Below are positions 58,064 to 64,000 of a stretch of 64,000 nucleotides of DNA, one piece after another; the stretch's first letter is position 1, and every line of letters begins with the position of its first letter. This DNA is from a virus: positions 1-64,000 of IMG/VR virus record IMGVR_UViG_3300007609_000013, one strand, 5' to 3'. A program made the translations under genes and the position numbers. The notes beneath the pieces were generated by a model that had not been told where the DNA came from, did not search any database, and saw only the letters and a list, made by a program, of their open reading frames with translations.

Positions 58064-58629
58064 GCAACTTACCTGATGTAGACATTGATGTAGCAGATAG
58101 AACTAAATTGCTGAAATTGTTCAGCAGATGGACCAATGCTAGACTAGAAGACAATTCCAAACACAACACAGGAGTGTATTTTACTGACATTCCATACGAT
58201 GCACTAGCTGATTGTGCAACTCTTGATCATAAAACTGCTGAGCGTCTGGGCTATTTTAAACTAGACATACTAAATGTAAGTGTGTACCAATTGGTAGAAA
58301 ACCATGCGCATATGCAACAGATGTTGGACAAAGAACCACCATGGCAAAAACTGTGGACAGATGCTGAGTATACCAAACAAATTATACACATCGGCAGTTA
58401 CTATGATCTACTGAAGCAAATGAAACCCGACTCGGTAGAAAGAATGGCAATGTTTTTGGCGGTGATTCGTCCTAGCAAACGACATCTAGTTGGCAAAGAT
58501 TGGAAAATAGTAGCAGAAGATATTTGGAACAAGCCTGCGGATGGCGAGTACTATTTTAAAAAGTCACACAGTGTAGGATATGCACACCTAGTTAAACTGC
58601 ACATGAATTTACTTGACTCGTTTGACTAG
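58060..58629 (+). CDS. miniature DNA polymerase III alpha (DnaE)-like protein
   Basis: PDVDID, KHNTGVY, GYFKLDILN, AVIRP, Y.FKKSH..GYA. Confidence 0.75.
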   Translation: MSNLPDVDIDVADRTKLLKLFSRWTNARLEDNSKHNTGVYFTDIPYDALADCATLDHKTAERLGYFKLDILNVSVYQLVENHAHMQQMLDKEPPWQKLWTDAEYTKQIIHIGSYYDLLKQMKPDSVERMAMFLAVIRPSKRHLVGKDWKIVAEDIWNKPADGEYYFKKSHSVGYAHLVKLHMNLLDSFD

Positions 58630-58983
58630 TTGAATACTGCGTCTTTTTATTCTTTTTTCTGTGATATTATTTAGATTTACCACATGTCCTGCAAGTATTT
58701 CGACATCCTTGTTGTTGAAAGTACGAAGTGTATGCTTGAATATGTTCCAATCCTGTTTGAGAAACACATTTATAGGAATCAATCTATTGGATTCCCACCA
58801 CCATTGATCAGCAAGGTTTAAAAATACCTGTTTTTGTTCAGTGGACTTGCAAAAATTGATATCATACAGACTGGTAAATTGACTATCCTGATTTTGTATC
58901 ACACCGACATATTCCATGTCGTTGTACTTCAACACAGAAAGAAAAGGATATTGTTCAAAAAGCTCATTGTAAGTGTTTAACAT
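58609..58983 (-). CDS. hypothetical protein
   Basis: YPFLS...WWWESNR.IPIN.FL; basic tail. Confidence 0.7.
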   Translation of the reverse strand: MLNTYNELFEQYPFLSVLKYNDMEYVGVIQNQDSQFTSLYDINFCKSTEQKQVFLNLADQWWWESNRLIPINVFLKQDWNIFKHTLRTFNNKDVEILAGHVVNLNNITEKRIKRRSIQLVKRVK

Positions 58984-59014
58984 TATTATAAATATTACTG
59001 AGAGTATTTAACCT

Positions 59015-59773
59015 ATGCAAGCAGTACCAGTTTATTTATATGACAACAACTTAACAGTGCTCTACAGTGATGTTACAGTTCCCAACAGAGGTGACAAAGT
59101 GTACCAACGAGATTTAAAAGCATACAAGGGTGTCGACAACACCATAAAACTACAGGTCAAAAACAACGACCAAAAAAAAGTTGACATGAGCAACAGAACC
59201 GTGCAATTTAATGTGGTCGATCGAGCAAATCGTGTTAATTACATCACCAAGACAGCAGAAAATGTAAATGCAACCAACGGGCTGTTTAGTGTTACTCTCA
59301 GTGAAAATGATCTGTTAGATCTAGAAGGCCAGTGGTATAATTACAGCATCACTGTGTTGAATGCAGACAACACCAAAAATGTTGCATACACTGACGATGC
59401 GTTTGAAGCCAAAGGCAATATCCAAGTGATCGATGCTGTGTACCCAGACTTTGTAGACAGTGCACAGTTGGAGTTGTTACAAGGCACAGAATACACTCCT
59501 GCGGTGGATGCAAACGCAGACCTAAACAAAAACACAGCACTACACACTGCACAGGTGCAATTTTCCAGTGTATTTACTGGCACAATCACAGCACAGGCCA
59601 GTATGAGTACTAGTATTAGCCAAGACAACAATGAATTTTTTGATGTTGCAAGTGTTGACTATATCAATCAGGCATCTACAGATTACTTTACTTTTGCAGG
59701 CGTGTATGCACAGGTGAGATTTAGAGTGCAAACCACTAGTGGATCCGTTGAAAATATTCTCTATAGAAGTTGA
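59015..59773 (+). CDS. beta-rich virion protein (BppU-like N-terminal domain)
   Basis: YKGVDN.I...VKN.DQK; TATAAATA upstream. Confidence 0.6.
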   Translation: MQAVPVYLYDNNLTVLYSDVTVPNRGDKVYQRDLKAYKGVDNTIKLQVKNNDQKKVDMSNRTVQFNVVDRANRVNYITKTAENVNATNGLFSVTLSENDLLDLEGQWYNYSITVLNADNTKNVAYTDDAFEAKGNIQVIDAVYPDFVDSAQLELLQGTEYTPAVDANADLNKNTALHTAQVQFSSVFTGTITAQASMSTSISQDNNEFFDVASVDYINQASTDYFTFAGVYAQVRFRVQTTSGSVENILYRS

Positions 59774-59798
59774 TTATTACAGTTTAATCTGTTATACT
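59770..59798 (+). promoter_or_regulatory. promoter TTGATT-N17-TATACT before the primase gene (probably leaderless)
   Basis: ATG lies 7 nt after the -10 hexamer; no SD. Confidence 0.55.
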
Positions 59799-59805
59799 AC
59801 ACCTT

Positions 59806-60798
59806 ATGAATCCTGTGCAACAGACACTATTAAGCTTGCTTCCAGGCAAACAACGAAAAACTCCTAGCGGTTGGATCAGTTTCAATGCACCCTGTTGTGT
59901 ACACAATGGAGAAAGCACAGATACCCGCAGCCGCGGCGGAGTAATTGTAAACACCAACAACATAAGTTATCATTGTTTTAATTGTAATTACAAAACAGGC
60001 TGGCAACCAGGTTGGCATCTCAGCTATAAATTTCGCAAATTGCTCTCATGGTTAGGAGCTGATGACAACGAAATCAAACGTTTGGTGCTGGAAGCTATTC
60101 GTGTCAAAGACGAAACTGAACAGATTGGATTTGAAACTGAACAATTTGATCCAGATTTTGAAACCATAGATTTGCCCGATAGTGTGTCGTTGGTGTTGGA
60201 CAGCCATGCTTCTGGGTACGACTATCCTGCAGACATGGTGGATTGTAATAATTATCTATATCAAAGAAAGTTACCACCGCATAAATTTTATTGGACGCCG
60301 GAAACAACCAATCGATTCAATAGACGTGTGCTGTTGCCTTTTGTGTACAACGGTCAAAGTGTAGGCTACACAGCCAGAATCATTGACCCCGATACCAAAC
60401 CTAAATACTATACCAGAAGTCAGCCTGGGTTTGTGTATAACATTGACGCACAATCACCAGACAGAAAGTTTGTGCTAGTAACCGAAGGACCTTTTGATGC
60501 ATTATGTGTTGACGGAGTTGCAACATTGGGCAACGAGATCAGCGAACAACAGGTTGACATGATTGACAAACTTGGCAAAGAAGTCGTGCTGGTGCCCGAT
60601 AGGGATGGGTCCGGCAAGCGTATGATAGAACAAGCTGTGGACTTTGGGTGGAGTGTGAGTTTTCCTGAGTGGCATGACACCTGCAAAGACGTTAACGAAG
60701 CGGTGATTAAGTATGGAAAATTGTTTGTGTTTTGCAGTATTATAAGTAGCATTGAAGCAAACAAAGTCAAGATAAAGGTAAAAGCTAACAAATTATGA
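59806..60798 (+). CDS. DNA primase (gp61-like, Zn ribbon + TOPRIM)
   Basis: CC.H...YHCFNC, EGPFDA, PDRD..G, KD.NE. Confidence 0.92.
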   Translation: MNPVQQTLLSLLPGKQRKTPSGWISFNAPCCVHNGESTDTRSRGGVIVNTNNISYHCFNCNYKTGWQPGWHLSYKFRKLLSWLGADDNEIKRLVLEAIRVKDETEQIGFETEQFDPDFETIDLPDSVSLVLDSHASGYDYPADMVDCNNYLYQRKLPPHKFYWTPETTNRFNRRVLLPFVYNGQSVGYTARIIDPDTKPKYYTRSQPGFVYNIDAQSPDRKFVLVTEGPFDALCVDGVATLGNEISEQQVDMIDKLGKEVVLVPDRDGSGKRMIEQAVDFGWSVSFPEWHDTCKDVNEAVIKYGKLFVFCSIISSIEANKVKIKVKANKL

Positions 60799-61547
60799 AT
60801 ATTATTTTTAATGGTTGCAGTTGGACTTACGGCGAAGGTTTCTTAGAAAATGATAGGAAAAAATACGTTTACCCATATCTTGTTGAAGATTTTTACAATT
60901 GCCAAATAGAGAATATAGCAATAGGCGGAAGTAGTAATTGTTTAATATTCCAGCGAACAGCCAATCATATGTACGAAAATCAAAATAATATTTACGTTGT
61001 GCAATGGTCTATTTTAAATAGAATATGGTTGTATCCAGATGCGGACCTGAGAATTAATACCAACATGGATAAAAATAGCATAGACTCGATATCTCAGCGA
61101 ATGGGCATGTCAAAAAAGAAATTAGGAGAATTTTGTGATGTATTACGTATAATCAACGGTGATTATCATAATTTGCAATTACTTGTTACATATTGCACAG
61201 CACTTGCACATATTGCTAAATCAACTCACAATAAAATAATTTTTGTAGATGGATTGATTGATTTGCCTAACGACTTATTACACAGGTGTAATCAGCTGTC
61301 AGATTTGTCAGATTTTACAAAAGATGTTATTCGGTTTGATCATCGACCTGATGGGGAATTATGGGATTTATACAAAAAACTCTATGAATCTTTTCAAACA
61401 TTAGACACAACTCTGTGGGCAAATTTATGCAATTCCTTCCAGCAAGTTAGAGTTGACACTGGTCCGTTAGGACATCATCCGGGTATTAGAAGTCATGAAA
61501 ATTTTTTTAATCAGGTCAAAGGAAAAATAAGCGAACTGTATGAATAA
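60795..61547 (+). CDS. SGNH-like hydrolase #8
   Basis: FNGCSWTYG, NIA.GGSSN, QWS, D....HHPG..SH; lies between primase and helicase. Confidence 0.72.
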   Translation: MNIIFNGCSWTYGEGFLENDRKKYVYPYLVEDFYNCQIENIAIGGSSNCLIFQRTANHMYENQNNIYVVQWSILNRIWLYPDADLRINTNMDKNSIDSISQRMGMSKKKLGEFCDVLRIINGDYHNLQLLVTYCTALAHIAKSTHNKIIFVDGLIDLPNDLLHRCNQLSDLSDFTKDVIRFDHRPDGELWDLYKKLYESFQTLDTTLWANLCNSFQQVRVDTGPLGHHPGIRSHENFFNQVKGKISELYE

Positions 61548-62961
61548 AGAATATAGCGTTGATTTGCAAAAATTGTTTTTAGAGATTATGATTCATGATC
61601 CACAGAGCTTTGTGCGTGTTCGCAACATCTACAATGTAGAAAACTTTGACAGGAGCTTGCGAGCGTCTGCACAATTTATATTAGATCATGCCGACAATCA
61701 CAGCACTATGCCTAGTTTGCAACAGATCAACGCAACCACTGGCAGCAAACTACAACCTGTTGAACAGTTAGACGAAGGGCAGTTAGATTGGTTCCTAGAA
61801 GAGTTTGAAGGATTTACTAAACGTGCAGAGCTAGAACGCGCCATCCTTAAAAGCGCAGACTTGTTAGAAGAAGGCAACTATGATCCAGTAGAGAAAATGA
61901 TCAAAGACGCTGTGCAAATTAGTCTGCAGAAAGATTTAGGTACAGAATACTTTGAAGATCCCAAAGCTAGATTGTTACGCATCAAGGATAATAATGGCCA
62001 GCAAAGCACAGGTTGGCCTGCATTAGACAAGAAGTTGTATGGTGGTTTTAACAGAGGTGAACTACAGGTATTTGCAGGCGGATCCGGATCTGGAAAAAGT
62101 TTGTTTATGCAGAACTTGGCTGTAAACTGGGTTACCACAAGTTTGCACGGTGTGTATCTTACACTAGAACTTTCGGAAGAACTGTGTGCAATGCGCATAG
62201 ACAGTATGATCACCGATATGCCCAGCAGAGACATCTTAAAAAGCGTAGATGATGTAGAAATCAAAGTAAAAATGGCCGGCAAAAAAGCTGGTAAATTATA
62301 CTTGAAATACATGAGTGCCCAAAGCACCATCAATGATGTAAGAGCATACATCAAAGAATTGCATATTCAAACCGGAGTTAAGCCTGACTTTTTGTGTGTA
62401 GATTACTTAGATTTGTTGATGCCCAGCACAGTCAAAGTAGCACCAACTGATCAGTTTATCAAAGACAAGTATGTTGCAGAAGAATTGAGAAATCTAGCCA
62501 AAGAGCTGGATTTGATGTTAGTGACTGCTTCGCAGTTGAATCGTAGTGCTGTCGAAGAAGTAGAACTTGATCATTCGCACATTGCAGGTGGTATCTCTAA
62601 GATCAATACAGCAGACAATGTATTCGCTATCTACACTAGTCGTGCTATGCGAGAGCGCGGCAGATATCAGCTACAGTTGATTAAAACGCGAAGTAGTAGT
62701 GGAGTTGGCAGCAAAGTAGACTTGGAGTTCGACATTGACAGCTTGCGTATCAAAGACTTAGCCGAAGACGAAGAATACTCAGAGTTTAAAAAACGCAGCA
62801 GTACAATCTATGATAAAATCAAAGCAACCAGCAGTGTATCCACTGGTGAAACCAGCAGCGGATCTTTAGAAGTTGATGAGCCTGGAAAGATATCCGCTGA
62901 TGTTAAAAGCAGCAAACTCAAAGGTATGCTAGCCAACCTAAAAACCAATCAGCAAGATTAA
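61540..62961 (+). CDS. replicative helicase (gp41/DnaB-like)
   Basis: GGSGSGKS, TLELSE, VDYLDL, TASQLNR, KTR. Confidence 0.93.
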   Translation: MNKEYSVDLQKLFLEIMIHDPQSFVRVRNIYNVENFDRSLRASAQFILDHADNHSTMPSLQQINATTGSKLQPVEQLDEGQLDWFLEEFEGFTKRAELERAILKSADLLEEGNYDPVEKMIKDAVQISLQKDLGTEYFEDPKARLLRIKDNNGQQSTGWPALDKKLYGGFNRGELQVFAGGSGSGKSLFMQNLAVNWVTTSLHGVYLTLELSEELCAMRIDSMITDMPSRDILKSVDDVEIKVKMAGKKAGKLYLKYMSAQSTINDVRAYIKELHIQTGVKPDFLCVDYLDLLMPSTVKVAPTDQFIKDKYVAEELRNLAKELDLMLVTASQLNRSAVEEVELDHSHIAGGISKINTADNVFAIYTSRAMRERGRYQLQLIKTRSSSGVGSKVDLEFDIDSLRIKDLAEDEEYSEFKKRSSTIYDKIKATSSVSTGETSSGSLEVDEPGKISADVKSSKLKGMLANLKTNQQD

Positions 62962-63041
62962 CACCAGCATTCCAAATGACAGCATGTGCGGAGTAGACTA
63001 ACATCTACTAAATACACTGTATACAATTTAAGGACCTTTCT

Positions 63042-63290
63042 GTGAAACGACAAACCCGATCTATACTACAAGAACTAGAAACTATTGCTGTAAGCAAGGA
63101 TCGCCAGCACATAGTAGAAAGCAGAGGGCAACACATAATTGAAAGTGCTGTAAACTTGATCAATACCATACGCGAAACCTACGATGAAGAAACAGCCGCA
63201 GAACTAGAGCGCAGACTGATCAACAGTATCAAAGCACAAGATCCTAAAAAATTCCAAAGGAGCATTCGCAAAGCCAATGAGAATCGTTGA
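63042..63290 (+). CDS. hypothetical protein
   Basis: TRSIL.EL...ELERRL.NSIK..D..KF. Confidence 0.65.
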   Translation: MKRQTRSILQELETIAVSKDRQHIVESRGQHIIESAVNLINTIRETYDEETAAELERRLINSIKAQDPKKFQRSIRKANENR

Positions 63291-64000
63291 AGTAAACATA
63301 GGCAAAAGCATTGCACAACTCAAAGGTAGATTTGCAGGCGCCCAAGAACTAAAACAAAAAGCCAAAACCAAAAAAGAATTGGCCAAAAAGTTTGTGCCGT
63401 TAAGAAACAAAGCATTGAGTGCATGGTACGAATATCAGGCCAAGATTCTCACCACTCGTAGCTTAAATGATGCTGACGTAACCAAGCAAGAAAAACAACA
63501 GATGTACAAGCAGTGGGCCAAGGGCATGTTTCCTAAAACCTACACAGGCAAAGTGCCAAACTTGTTTACAACCAAGTCTACACAGGCGTTTGTAGGCAAA
63601 GAAGTGGAAGAGTTTCTCAAAACCAAAATGCCCAAAACCAACGAAAGTGTTATTCGAGAAGACAAAAACCTACATCTTGAGCACGCTGAAGATTTGATCT
63701 TTGATCAAGGCTACGATGGTGCAGTCAAGGCACTAAAGTATATAGATGCTGTGGTAGATGTGCTGGAGCAAGGACAAGGCAAAAGCAAACTCACAGTAAA
63801 GTGGGACGGTGCACCTGCGGTGTTTGCAGGCATTGACCCAGACGATGGCAAGTTTTTTGTAGGCACCAAAGGTGTGTTCAACAAAAAAGAACCAAAAATG
63901 GTCAAGAGCAAACAAGATTTAGAACAGTACGGTGACGGCTTGGCTAAAAAACTAGGTGTTGCATTCGAACAGTTGAAAGATCTTGGCATAGGCAATGTAC
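63277..64000 (+). CDS. protein with ligase-like KWDG motif (DUF6267-like), partial
   Basis: Open to the window end; HLEHAED...TVKWDGAPAVFAG...FFVGTKG.FNK. Confidence 0.65.
   Translation, partial: MRIVEVNIGKSIAQLKGRFAGAQELKQKAKTKKELAKKFVPLRNKALSAWYEYQAKILTTRSLNDADVTKQEKQQMYKQWAKGMFPKTYTGKVPNLFTTKSTQAFVGKEVEEFLKTKMPKTNESVIREDKNLHLEHAEDLIFDQGYDGAVKALKYIDAVVDVLEQGQGKSKLTVKWDGAPAVFAGIDPDDGKFFVGTKGVFNKKEPKMVKSKQDLEQYGDGLAKKLGVAFEQLKDLGIGNV

Overview
A 64-kb segment of a large, divergent T4-like myovirus. Usg-like and SufT-like genes and the promoter geometry weakly suggest an alphaproteobacterial host. In order, the window holds: neck/tail genes (gp15/gp14/gp13/gp18/gp19/gp4-like); virion and terminase genes; a ~21-28 kb divergence region with early promoters, a phased DnaA-box array and six tRNAs; SSB/UvsX/UvsY; a ~13-kb glycosylation island (gmd + colD, glycosyl-, methyl- and sulfotransferases); and a replication module (UvsW, mini-DnaE, primase, DnaB/gp41 helicase). 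Highlights: (1) the UvsW-like helicase is split inside its DExH box (DE|CH) by a naturally split intein. A free-standing NUMOD3 + TnsA/gp4-like endonuclease gene sits between the intein halves, with a late-promoter motif and a hairpin covering its start codon. (2) An oriC-like DnaA-box array occurs in a phage that encodes its own replisome. (3) Eight SGNH-like hydrolase paralogs are scattered singly among other genes. (4) A radical SAM cassette is flanked by a 56-bp duplication. (5) Many late genes appear leaderless (TAAATA-N5-ATG). (6) A GDP-3,6-dideoxyhexose pathway lacks colC in this window. All calls come from motif recognition by eye; no database searches were run.
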